Below, one piece after another: positions 9,646 to 18,253 of a DNA stretch of 64,000 bases (positions within the stretch are counted from its first letter, which is position 1; each line of letters begins with the position of its first letter). Source of the DNA: Nitrospirota bacterium (GTDB lineage Bacteria; Nitrospirota; UBA9217). Where the stretch lies: NCBI GenBank assembly GCA_963740085.1, contig CAVUCU010000007.1:128001-192000 (forward strand). The letters run 5' to 3'. The notes below the pieces were generated by a model. That model worked only from the letters and a program-made list of their open reading frames with translations. It did not search any database and was not told the DNA's origin. Position numbers and translations under genes: made by a program.

Positions 9646-9661
9646 CATTATAACAAGAGGT

Positions 9662-9845
9662 AAACTCCCAGGTCGGTTGCGGAGCGCAGCAGCGATAAGA
9701 GCGCGATTGCCGGATCAAATGGCGGTCCTCCGATGCTCCAGGCGGCGCGGGCGAAGCGGAAGCGCCGCGAATGCTGTGCGTGTCCGGAAAATCGATGCCC
9801 CCTGCGCTCCTTGCGACTAAGCGAAGTAACTGACCTGAGTAATTT
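9662..9845. repeat. Structured MITE-like element between convergent genes
   Basis: Imperfect terminal inverted repeats (AAACTCCCAGGTCGGTTGC / GTAACTGACCTGAGTAATTT) plus nested IRs GGAGCGCAG/CTGCGCTCC and GCGGCGC/GCGCCGC. Confidence 0.5.
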
Positions 9846-9879
9846 CGAGAACAGTGTCTTTATCGAGGTAATCCAGAGA

Positions 9880-11082
9880 TCACCCTCCTATTCCCCGCTT
9901 CATCATCAGCACAGCGGCGATCGCACCGGCAATCACGAGCGTCTCTATAAAAAGCCATGGCCACTTTTTCTTGAACGCGAGCTTCGGTTTCAAGGTCCCC
10001 TCTTCCGTCTTTATCGTGATCTGCGGCCGATACTCCCGGCCAAGTTTCAGCTTTCTGTTTTCCACGCGGAATAAAAGCCGCGCAGCATCCGGCCCGAACG
10101 ACGCGGGCTTCGGCTTGATCCAGAGATCATCAGTTGACAAGGTCCCCGTTGATCCGCTGCACCCGAGAGCCATCACCGGAACGCTCACCCATGAGGTCTT
10201 TTTCCACCATGGTAGTCTTATCATTTTCCCCGGCTTGGCGTAAATGATCTTTCCCTTTCCCTTGACGGGCATGGACAGACCGAGCAAAACCTTCTGGATG
10301 GCAAGTTTCATAGCATTCGCGCTCTGGAAGCGCCTGTTCATGTCCGGTTCCAGTGCCTTCCTGATGATGGCAGCCGTCTCCCGGCTCAACCCCGGATTCA
10401 GCTGCCGCGGATCAGGAAAGTCAAGAGGATTTTCCGCAGGGTTCCGACCGGTGAGGCAATGATGCAGCGTGGCGCCGAGTGAAAAGATATCCGAGCGCAC
10501 GTCGGTCTGGGCCGTGCCGTACTGTTCAGGCGCTGCATACCCCGGTGTCCCGTATACATAGGTGTCTTTGATCTTGTCATCCTTGAAGAACCGGGCGATG
10601 CCGAAGTCGATGAGCTTCACGCGTCCGTTGCGGTCGATCATGATGTTCGACGGTTTGAGGTCCCGGAACACGATCGGCTGCGGCTTTTGCACGCTCAGAA
10701 AGTGCATGGCCCTGCAGACCTGGAGCGCCCAGGACAGCACCCGCAGCTCATCCATGGGTTTTCCTCTTTGCGCATCGAGCACCTGCTTCAGCGTATTGCC
10801 CCGGATGTATTCCATAACAATAGTGTAAGAGCCCAACCGGGAGAAGTAATCATACACTTTCGGAAGGTTCTGGTGCGTCAGACGCATGAGTATCCGGGCC
10901 TCGGTCTGGAACTGGGTGAGCGCTTCCCCGGGATTTTCCGCGGACTGGTTGCCCGGCGTCAATTCCTTTGCAGCGAGCACCGTGCCTCTTTGGAGGCGGT
11001 CCGAGACCTTATATACGCATCCCATTCCGCCTCTGCCGAGGACACCGACGACTTCATATCTTTTTTTGAGAAGACGTTTCAT
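9880..11082 (-). CDS. Ser/Thr protein kinase with C-terminal beta-rich domain and terminal TM helix
   Basis: GRGGMGCVY, FRDLKPSN, DFG and GTPGYAAPE motifs. Start placed at MKRLLKKRY. Confidence 0.92.
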   Translation of the reverse strand: MKRLLKKRYEVVGVLGRGGMGCVYKVSDRLQRGTVLAAKELTPGNQSAENPGEALTQFQTEARILMRLTHQNLPKVYDYFSRLGSYTIVMEYIRGNTLKQVLDAQRGKPMDELRVLSWALQVCRAMHFLSVQKPQPIVFRDLKPSNIMIDRNGRVKLIDFGIARFFKDDKIKDTYVYGTPGYAAPEQYGTAQTDVRSDIFSLGATLHHCLTGRNPAENPLDFPDPRQLNPGLSRETAAIIRKALEPDMNRRFQSANAMKLAIQKVLLGLSMPVKGKGKIIYAKPGKMIRLPWWKKTSWVSVPVMALGCSGSTGTLSTDDLWIKPKPASFGPDAARLLFRVENRKLKLGREYRPQITIKTEEGTLKPKLAFKKKWPWLFIETLVIAGAIAAVLMMKRGIGG

Positions 11083-11092
11083 TGTAACCACC

Positions 11093-11167
11093 AGTAAGAA
11101 GTAATAGGTAATAGGTGAGATGTAACCCATCACCATCACCCATTACTCATCACTCATTACTCATTAC
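11093..11167. repeat. Heptamer-periodic inverted repeat (GTAATAG / CATTACT-like)
   Basis: AGTAAGA AGTAATA GGTAATA GGTGAGA ... CCATTAC TCATCAC TCATTAC TCATTAC. Supplies the TAA stop of the upstream minus-strand gene. Confidence 0.7.
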
Positions 11168-13446
11168 GCTACTTTAACGCCGCACTTTGCGCAGAACTTC
11201 GCATTCGCTCTCATTGAAGAGCCGCAGCCGGCACAGAGCCGGCCGGTTCCCTCGCTGAACACGATCGTCGACTGTCCCATGTCTATGACATCACCGTCCG
11301 CAAGCACCTGCCTGCCCGTGACCTTCTTTTTGTTCACATAGGTCCCGGCAATTGAGCCTTTGTCTTCAATGATATAGCGCCCGTTCTCCTGGATGACCTC
11401 CGCATGGTGCTGCGCAATATCTTTGTCCTTGAACAGGCCGAGCATGTTCCGCTCGTCCCTGCCGATGGTCACGCTCGCGCCGATATCAATAGCCTTTTTC
11501 GTTCCCCTGCCCCGCACAAGGCTCAAGTGTCCGGTCTGATACTGCCGGTCCATCTTTCTGAGCGATATTGTCACGAACCCGGCGATGCTCATCAGGGGGA
11601 TGACGAAGGCCCAGCCAGGCGTCATGCCGCCCGCGCCAAAGAGCGACGATTCAGGCTGAAAGTACGTACGCGCAGTACGTGGTCCAGTACCGACTGCAAG
11701 CGATACGTTCCTGAGATAGTCGGCCCGCTTCCCGGTCTGATACGTGATGACATATTCGTTGCGCATCCGGTTGCTGATGGTCAAATAAATCTCCGAGAGG
11801 CCGTCCGCCTCGGGAGTGAAAAAATAGGAGCCGCCGGTCTCTTGCGCTATCCGTTCGAGCCTTGCTTTCCGCACGTCCTTTCCGAGACCGATCACCGTGA
11901 CCGAAACATAAGCCTTGGCGGCGGACTCGATCGCCTGGTCCATATCAAGCTCGCCGCGGTTTGCGATACCGTCGGTGAGGACGATCACGGCTTTTCTGCC
12001 AGAGACACCGCTGACCGCTTCAACTCCCCGGGCGATGCCGTCAAAGAGCGCGGTATGGCCTCCGGGTTGAATGGTCAGAACGGCCTGTCTCAGAATGTTT
12101 CGGCTGCCGGTCAGGGACTCGAGCGCGTCCACCTCGTCACTGAAGGCGAAAAGGGCCGCCCGGTCGCCGGAATCCATGAGCGATATAAAACGCAGCACCG
12201 ACTCTTTTGCGCGTTCAATTTTCTCTCCGGTCATGGACTCGCTCCGGTCCAGCACGATGGCAAGGTTGAGCGGCTCGCGAAGTCCGTTCGCCCCGGCCAT
12301 CTGCACACTGTCGATCAGGACAGGATAGTTGTTTTCCGTGATCGTTATATTTCCCCTGGTCAGCCCGAGCACCGGCTTGCCATGTTCATCAATACAGGAC
12401 AGGTAGGCCTTGACCAGGGGAAAACCGCCCAGATCAAACTGGGTGATCTGCACTGATGCCGGCTCGCCGGCCTGCGCCATCGTACCTCCTCCTGAAAAAA
12501 TCCCAAGCAGAAGCATCACGATTGCCGCCGTGACCGCTGCGGCTTTCGCAGGAACCTTGACCGTGGCTTTCTTCACCGCAGAGAACATGAGCAGGATACT
12601 GCCCACCCTGATGACATCGCCGTCGGCAAGCCTGCTGCTTCGCGTCATTTTCTGGTTGATGTATACGGCCTTGCCCTGTTCTTCGGTCTCAATGGAAAAG
12701 TGTCCGTTATTCCGCTTTATGACGGCATGCTGTATGTTCACGCCTTCCGCACCCGAGAGACAGACATCGGAACGGTCGTCCCTGCCCACCATATTCAGGT
12801 CCTTCAGGAGTGAAAACTCTCTGCCGGCATGCCTTCCTTTGATGACCGTGACCGTTGCCGATATCAAGGCCTCTTCAACAAGACTTATGCAAGAACCTAT
12901 GGACATTCCAAGCAGCGCAAGACCTGCAAGGGTGGACCATATCGATGTCACTGAAAGCGCGTTGAATATGCTCCCGCCGATCAGGCCGCCGAGCGAGCCG
13001 CCGATGAATCCATAGAGGGCCCGCTCGCGTGACCGGATCATCAGGCCGCCGCTCAGACCCACCGTGGCGCCGAGCATTGCCCATCCAAGGGCCACGGAAA
13101 GGGCTATGCCGACCGAAGCATTGAGTACCATGCCCTCGGCCACGATCAGTCCGAGCATGGTGAAGATCGTGTTGCCCAGGCCTGCTCCTGCTGCGCCTCC
13201 GAGCAGGCCGGCCATAGCGCCATAGAGAGAGCGCCTGAGCGCGGCCCTGAGCTGCCTGCCCGCTATCGCTTCGTGGCTCCAGATGAAGCCGCCGATGAAC
13301 ATCCCGGCGAGCGCCCCGCGCAAGATCTCCGCAAGCAATCCCGCTTCAGCAAAGTCCGAAGCCGAAAGGATGAAGAGCCAGGCAGCTGATCCACCGAGTG
13401 CGCCTGCCGCTCCGTACGAAAGGGTCTTATTTGAGAGCCTGATCAT
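11164..13446 (-). CDS. Membrane protein: Gly-rich multi-TM region, FHA, TM, vWA, TM, FHA, Zn-ribbon
   Basis: GxxxG-rich helices; FHA1 (VGRDD..QHA); vWA MIDAS DRSES, TALFD, LTDG; FHA2 (IGRD..HHA..GSIAGTYVN); CAGC..FCAKCG. Confidence 0.88.
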   Translation of the reverse strand: MIRLSNKTLSYGAAGALGGSAAWLFILSASDFAEAGLLAEILRGALAGMFIGGFIWSHEAIAGRQLRAALRRSLYGAMAGLLGGAAGAGLGNTIFTMLGLIVAEGMVLNASVGIALSVALGWAMLGATVGLSGGLMIRSRERALYGFIGGSLGGLIGGSIFNALSVTSIWSTLAGLALLGMSIGSCISLVEEALISATVTVIKGRHAGREFSLLKDLNMVGRDDRSDVCLSGAEGVNIQHAVIKRNNGHFSIETEEQGKAVYINQKMTRSSRLADGDVIRVGSILLMFSAVKKATVKVPAKAAAVTAAIVMLLLGIFSGGGTMAQAGEPASVQITQFDLGGFPLVKAYLSCIDEHGKPVLGLTRGNITITENNYPVLIDSVQMAGANGLREPLNLAIVLDRSESMTGEKIERAKESVLRFISLMDSGDRAALFAFSDEVDALESLTGSRNILRQAVLTIQPGGHTALFDGIARGVEAVSGVSGRKAVIVLTDGIANRGELDMDQAIESAAKAYVSVTVIGLGKDVRKARLERIAQETGGSYFFTPEADGLSEIYLTISNRMRNEYVITYQTGKRADYLRNVSLAVGTGPRTARTYFQPESSLFGAGGMTPGWAFVIPLMSIAGFVTISLRKMDRQYQTGHLSLVRGRGTKKAIDIGASVTIGRDERNMLGLFKDKDIAQHHAEVIQENGRYIIEDKGSIAGTYVNKKKVTGRQVLADGDVIDMGQSTIVFSEGTGRLCAGCGSSMRANAKFCAKCGVKVA

Positions 13447-13463
13447 TTTAATCCTCCCTTAAT

Positions 13464-13553
13464 CGATGGACGAGGGACGACCGCTCGCTTTCGCTCGCTC
13501 GGACGAAAGACGATTCTTTTGCGCGTCCGTCGTCCCTCGTCTCTCGTCCATCG
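13464..13553. repeat. Heptamer-periodic inverted repeat (GGACGAG / CTCGTCC-like) with nested insert
   Basis: CGATGGA CGAGGGA CGA [CCGCTCGCTTTCGCTCGCTCGG] ACGAAAGACGA ... TCGTCCC TCGTCTC TCGTCCA TCG. Confidence 0.65.
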
Positions 13554-13559
13554 TGATTG

Positions 13560-14003
13560 CTATGCCGCCTGGAGCGTCAATGCCAGCTTTCCGAATCTGA
13601 GCTCGTCGCCCGCTTTGACCATCTGTGGCGCATGGGGCTGGATCTTCTTCTTGTTGATATAGGTGCCGTTCGTGGAACCCATGTCCTCAACCGTGTAGTT
13701 TGCGCCCGACCGGTGAATGACCGCATGTTTGCGGGATACGCCCTTATCCATGCCGCCAAGATTGGTCAGGTCCAGATCCGGGAACACATCGCTGATGGGG
13801 TCCTCTCTGCCGATAATGATCTCGTCCTTAACAGGGATCTCGAGCGAGTTGCCATCGATGGACATGAGCACCAGACTTGTCCCTTCGCTGTCCATTTCAG
13901 CGGCCGTGTCCTTGCCTTCGATTACGGTTTCAAGCTTTGCTCCGCACTCTTCGCAGAAGAGCGCTCCTTCGATGTTTTCTATCTGACATGCTGTGCATTT
14001 CAT
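13560..14003 (-). CDS. Zn-ribbon plus FHA domain protein
   Basis: CTAC..FCEECG; IGRED, VSRKHA, GSTNGT. Confidence 0.9.
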   Translation of the reverse strand: MKCTACQIENIEGALFCEECGAKLETVIEGKDTAAEMDSEGTSLVLMSIDGNSLEIPVKDEIIIGREDPISDVFPDLDLTNLGGMDKGVSRKHAVIHRSGANYTVEDMGSTNGTYINKKKIQPHAPQMVKAGDELRFGKLALTLQAA

Positions 14004-14029
14004 GGTAATACCCTCCTTTTTTTAATTAT

Positions 14030-14101
14030 GCATGGCGCATAGCGCATGGTGCATAGGGTTATGTCTCTCTGACTCCTGACTCCTGACTCCTCACGCCTCA
14101 C
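14030..14101. repeat. Heptamer tandem repeats (GCATAGC-like x4, then CTGACTC x3)
   Basis: Read directly. Two non-complementary heptamer arms; a related GCATGG/GCATAG run occurs at 15387-15414. Confidence 0.65.
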
Positions 14102-15363
14102 TGCTTCATCGCCTGCGTCATTGCCTGGGTAAGCTTCCGTGTGCCGTACTCGAGTTTCTTGGTTCCTGCCGAGGTGAGCGCTCCGGTCTTCTTGAGCGAG
14201 AAGATCTCCCGCTCTGCTGCCTCAGCCAGGTCATCCTCGCCCAGGTTCAGGAGCACGGTTGCCGCCGACTGGAGCTTCTGCGTGGCTGCCGCGATATTCC
14301 CCGCCTCCACCTCGGTGAGCGCCCTGGTCTGGAGCTTGAAGGCGCTCACCTTCTCTACCAGGTTCATCACCTCGGCGTTCACCTTCGCTGCGGCTGCAGC
14401 GTCCTTGGTAAAGGTGACGAACAAATCCGTCTTGACGGAGCGGTCCTTGCTGTTCTGCGAGGGGAGGTCATAGCTGACCTCCACCTGCCCAAGTCGGAAC
14501 TGACCCGCCTTTTGTGCGGGAATTCGCGCTTCTATCAAAATTGACTGGCCTTTCCTGCCGTCAAGAGCACCGAGCTCGGTCATGACCGCGCCATTGCGCA
14601 CGGCCCTCGTGCTCACATCGACGATCAGGGGAGAGGTGACATATACTTTGTACGGCTTCACACCCCGGCTCATGCGGGCCGTTACCCTGAGGTTCATCGC
14701 TGCAACGGCCTGCATGCCCTCCACTTCCTGTTGAAACGCATCAAGGATAGCGATGGGGTTCTGGATCCAGTGCGAGTTTCCCCGGGATTGCTCGGCAAGC
14801 CGGAGCAGGAGTTTCTCGTTCCATTCATTACCGATGCCGATGCTCGTTATCGCGATGCCCTGCTTTCCTGCCTCTTCAGCAAGTTTGAGACACACGTCTT
14901 CGTCATCCCACGTCTGTCCGTCCGTAAGCAGAAGGATCCGGTTCACGCGGTCCTTTGCATGGCCCTTCTTCACCTCTGCCAGACCTGCCTTGAGCCCATC
15001 AGAGATCTGGGTGCCGCCGCGTGCGATCACGTTCGCGAGCTTGCCCTTGATCTCCTCGCGATTCTGCGCCGGTTGGCTCGGTATCAGCGTCTCGACCTGA
15101 TCGTCAAAGATCGTGACGGAGATGAGGTCGTCATCGCTCAAATGGTCCACCACGTATCCCACCGCTTCTTTTAAATTGTCCAGTTTCTCGCCATCCATGG
15201 AACCGCTCCGGTCGAGCACCAGGCTGAAGTTCGCCGGCATGTTGCCTGAAACCGGCCCGCTCCCGGCTTTGATGTCAACGAGAGCATAGATTGCCTGTTC
15301 CGTCTCTGTGGCCAGCACCGTGTCCTTGCTCATAATGCATCGTACCTCTAATCCGTTCTTCAT
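14098..15363 (-). CDS. Cytoplasmic vWA domain protein (YfbK/CLCA-like bacterial type)
   Basis: LVLDRSGSM MIDAS, GGTQI, LLLTDG; helical C-terminus ending KKLEYGTRKLT. Confidence 0.9.
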   Translation of the reverse strand: MKNGLEVRCIMSKDTVLATETEQAIYALVDIKAGSGPVSGNMPANFSLVLDRSGSMDGEKLDNLKEAVGYVVDHLSDDDLISVTIFDDQVETLIPSQPAQNREEIKGKLANVIARGGTQISDGLKAGLAEVKKGHAKDRVNRILLLTDGQTWDDEDVCLKLAEEAGKQGIAITSIGIGNEWNEKLLLRLAEQSRGNSHWIQNPIAILDAFQQEVEGMQAVAAMNLRVTARMSRGVKPYKVYVTSPLIVDVSTRAVRNGAVMTELGALDGRKGQSILIEARIPAQKAGQFRLGQVEVSYDLPSQNSKDRSVKTDLFVTFTKDAAAAAKVNAEVMNLVEKVSAFKLQTRALTEVEAGNIAAATQKLQSAATVLLNLGEDDLAEAAEREIFSLKKTGALTSAGTKKLEYGTRKLTQAMTQAMKQ

Positions 15364-15431
15364 TGTCTATTCCTCCTTTGTCATTCGCATGGTGTCTAAG
15401 GCATGGAGCATAGGGTGCTGTCCTCCGCCCT

Positions 15432-16388
15432 CTATCCCACCGTAACCACTACCGCGGTAATATTGTCCTTGCCGCCATGTGCGTTCGCCAACCGAACCAG
15501 TTCCTCACTCGCTGACCGTGCATCTTTTCCGGATAAAACGGCCTGGTGAATGTCCTTATCTCTCACCTCTCCCCAGAGTCCATCCGTGCACAGCATGAGA
15601 TGACCGCCCTTTTTCAGCTCCACCCGGAATGTATCCACGGTGATATTCTCATCAGTCCCGATCGTGCGATAGAGCAGATTGGACTTGGGGTGGCCCCTTG
15701 CCTCTTCTTTCGTCATTTTCCCAATGGCAACCAGCTTTGCAACCAGGGAATGGTCCCGGGTGATCTGGGTGATGGACCGTTCTTCTATCCAGTAGACCCT
15801 GCTGTCCCCGACATTCGCGATATAGGCGGTATTGTCAATTACCAGCGCGAGACTGATCGTAGTCCCCATGTTCGATCCCCTGTGCGCGCCCTCTTTTTTC
15901 ACTTCGCTGTTTGCCTTCCGCACGACATGCTCGATGAGCTTGAGTGGGTTCTCGTTCTGCTCCAGATGTTCTTCTATTTCCCTGCAAGCGGTCTCCACCG
16001 CGATCCTGCTTGCAACTTCTCCTGCGTCGTGTCCGCCCATACCGTCAGCCACGACATACAAAGACGCTTTCCCGAAAGAAACACAGGAGAAGCTGTCCTC
16101 GTTCTGGGGCCTGACCATGCCCGTGTTCGTCAGACCATGCCAGGCATCGGACACTGGTACGGGCACAGGACATCCGGCGTCAAGATCAGCCGCTGCACCT
16201 GTCTCAGGCCTCAGCCTCCGCGTATAGGCCGGTTGGAGCACCTGAGTCATTGATCTGGGTGTCTCTACGAAGGGAAATATTGCCCTTGCTTCAAGAACCT
16301 CGTCTGTCAATGTATGCTTTGCAGTTGCCTCCATCTTCTCGCCCCTTGTAAACATATTTTTCATCCAGTTTATCCAACCATGTGCCAT
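15432..16388 (-). CDS. PP2C-family Ser/Thr phosphatase with N-terminal extension
   Basis: RPQNED, VADGMGG, NVGDSRVY, LCTDGL, GGKDNIT; AGGAG RBS upstream. Confidence 0.92.
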   Translation of the reverse strand: MAHGWINWMKNMFTRGEKMEATAKHTLTDEVLEARAIFPFVETPRSMTQVLQPAYTRRLRPETGAAADLDAGCPVPVPVSDAWHGLTNTGMVRPQNEDSFSCVSFGKASLYVVADGMGGHDAGEVASRIAVETACREIEEHLEQNENPLKLIEHVVRKANSEVKKEGAHRGSNMGTTISLALVIDNTAYIANVGDSRVYWIEERSITQITRDHSLVAKLVAIGKMTKEEARGHPKSNLLYRTIGTDENITVDTFRVELKKGGHLMLCTDGLWGEVRDKDIHQAVLSGKDARSASEELVRLANAHGGKDNITAVVVTVG

Positions 16389-16444
16389 GGTCAGCTCCTG
16401 TTCTTTTCATCCGATTCTCAGCTCGCCATCTTGGTCTACTCATT

Positions 16445-16460
16445 TGCATCTGCCATGCCA
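16445..16460 (-). promoter_or_regulatory. Sigma54 (-24/-12) promoter of the PP2C-vWA-FHA-kinase operon
   Basis: Minus strand reads TGGCATGGCAGATGCA, an exact GG-N10-GC, about 55 bp upstream of the ATG at 16388. Confidence 0.75.
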
Positions 16461-16589
16461 GAATTGAAATGAACGATCGCGACGGCACACGGGCAGACAG
16501 AAGTCTTTACGATACAGACGGTTGTGGGTATTGATGCTGCGGGTGTATTGCTCGGGTGGGGGGGATGATTCGCTGGAAATTATATGGTT

Positions 16590-16616
16590 ATCGAAAGGGG
16601 GTATTCGATTTTCGAA
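16590..16616. promoter_or_regulatory. Candidate enhancer (UAS) palindromes
   Basis: ATCGAA-N8-TTCGAT overlapping TTCGA-TTT-TCGAA, about 130-155 bp upstream of the -24 element. Confidence 0.4.
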
Positions 16617-16733
16617 GACTAGTGCACGGTAAAACTAATTCTTGATTATATTGCACACATATTTATCGTTTATTACCTTGGCATGATTTTAGTTACAGCT
16701 AAGTCAATGCATACCTAAAAGGGAAGAATATTT

Positions 16734-16866
16734 AACCGCGAAGGCGCCAAGTACGCGAAGAAAATCTATGGGCTTTTGTTTTAAACACGAAAGCTTTTTT
16801 GACGTCCTTTGCGACCCTGGCGCCTTTGCGGTTCAAAGACTTTGGTTTCGGCTTTTCCGGGTTAGG
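16734..16866. repeat. Nonamer-periodic inverted repeat followed by the reverse-strand CCGGAxAAGCCGxAACCAAA end motif
   Basis: AACCGCGAAGGCGCCAAGTACGCGAAG versus CTTTGCGACCCTGGCGCCTTTGCGGTT (22/27), then TTTGGTTTCGGCTTTTCCGGGTTAGG. Confidence 0.65.
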
Positions 16867-16910
16867 TAACATGACGGTTCGGAACCATCAACAATTAATT
16901 TTATGAGGTA

Positions 16911-17414
16911 CTAGTGTTCTTTGAGAAGGACTTCGGTGACAGCCTTGCGGCTCGATGCATGTTTCTGTGCCTTGGGATGACCGACGGCAACGACTGCCAT
17001 GAGCTCCATCTCTTTTGGCAAACCGAGAAGCGTGCGCACCGCCTCGGCATTCTTGAGGATCTCCCCAAGCCAGACCGCACCCAACCCCATCGCGTGAGCC
17101 GCGAGAAGCATGTTCTGGATGCAGGCACCCATGGCCTGGTGATCCTTTACGTCGTTATACATTACCGTCCTGTCAACGAAAACGGCAATGCAGGCCGGCG
17201 CCCGTTCGATAACAAAGCCGTAGTTTGTCTGCTTGCCAAGCTCCTTCTTGACGTCTGTCTTCTGAACGATCACGAACCGCCACGGCTGGTTGTTCAACCC
17301 CGACGGCGCCCATGTCCCGGCCTTGATGATCTCGAGCAACCGATCCCGCTCAACAGTCTGTTCAGTAAATTCCCGAACGCTCCGGCGCGTATATATTCCT
17401 TCGAGAATATCCAT
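16911..17414 (-). CDS. Nitroreductase family protein
   Basis: RRSVREF, APSGLNNQPWRF, IQNMLLAAHAMGLG. Confidence 0.92.
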   Translation of the reverse strand: MDILEGIYTRRSVREFTEQTVERDRLLEIIKAGTWAPSGLNNQPWRFVIVQKTDVKKELGKQTNYGFVIERAPACIAVFVDRTVMYNDVKDHQAMGACIQNMLLAAHAMGLGAVWLGEILKNAEAVRTLLGLPKEMELMAVVAVGHPKAQKHASSRKAVTEVLLKEH

Positions 17415-17417
17415 TCG

Positions 17418-17936
17418 TTATGGCTTCACCTGCTCGACAAATCTTCCCCGATAGGTGGCATGACCATCGCATTTTTCAAATACGAACTGGCAGATCCTGG
17501 TGCCCGGATAGAGCGCTAACGGACCATGTCCCAAATTCACCATTTCCAGGACCTGATGGTTGGCAATGCCGGGATGCATAAAACCAGCGGTCACATGAAC
17601 TGCCAGTCCAAAACGCGCAAATCTGCTTCTTCCTTCAAGACGGCCGGATATGTTGTCGGCAAGCGTGATCTTTTCTTTCGTGATACCCAGGATCATCTCA
17701 TCCGGCTTGATAACGATATAATCGCCGTCTTTCACGTGGACACCCCTGGTTATGTCCTGAAAATGAGAATCGTTTTTTATGTGATAGATCTTTGATCGCT
17801 TTTTAAAGATCCTGAAATCATTGCCGAGGGAAAGATCGATTGAACCCGGTCCGATCTGCGATCTGTCGAGCGGTTCAACAATTATCGATCTCTTCTTTAA
17901 AGCCTTCTCTATTTCTTTTCCGATCAAGACGCTCAT
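17418..17936 (-). CDS. dcd: dCTP deaminase
   Basis: PGSIDLSLG, GRSRFARFGL, TAGFMHPG, LEMVN, RICQFVF. Confidence 0.88.
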   Translation of the reverse strand: MSVLIGKEIEKALKKRSIIVEPLDRSQIGPGSIDLSLGNDFRIFKKRSKIYHIKNDSHFQDITRGVHVKDGDYIVIKPDEMILGITKEKITLADNISGRLEGRSRFARFGLAVHVTAGFMHPGIANHQVLEMVNLGHGPLALYPGTRICQFVFEKCDGHATYRGRFVEQVKP

Positions 17937-17971
17937 GGTATGTTAGCCCCTTTGGTCATTATTTTTTCCTG

Positions 17972-18162
17972 ACCCGGACAGGCTTGAACCAAATATGCCA
18001 CAATGGCCAAAAAGAGGGCCACACTGAGACACCCTCGACAGATTCGTTCGAGGGCAGGCTTCGGCACGAAGAAGTTCAAATATAGGTTTGTGATTTAAAC
18101 TCCTTAATTCTTCGTGTTTTCTTTGTGCCTTAGAGCCGTCGTGGCTGAATTTTGTTTCCATT
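17972..18162 (+). repeat. Dispersed intergenic repeat, copy 2 of 3, with nested hairpin insert
   Basis: Same ends as copy 1; additionally carries CCCTCGACAGATTCGTTCGAGGGCAGGC. Confidence 0.8.
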
Positions 18163-18253
18163 GAGTTGCCCGGGTAATCAGGTTGTCGCAGCCACGGGAA
18201 GGAAGATAGGCCGGGATGTATTTTTGTTTGAAAAGCCGGCGCACCCGGCAGAA

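Noticed and set aside
5442-16388. Interpretation as the PpkA/PppA/Fha module of a type VI secretion system
   Set aside because: No tss, hcp, vgrG or clpV genes in the window; a link to a locus elsewhere cannot be excluded.
16679-16696. TGGCATGATTTTAGT, a sigma54-like -24 box on the plus strand
   Set aside because: The -12 position is GT rather than GC, and no plus-strand gene follows.
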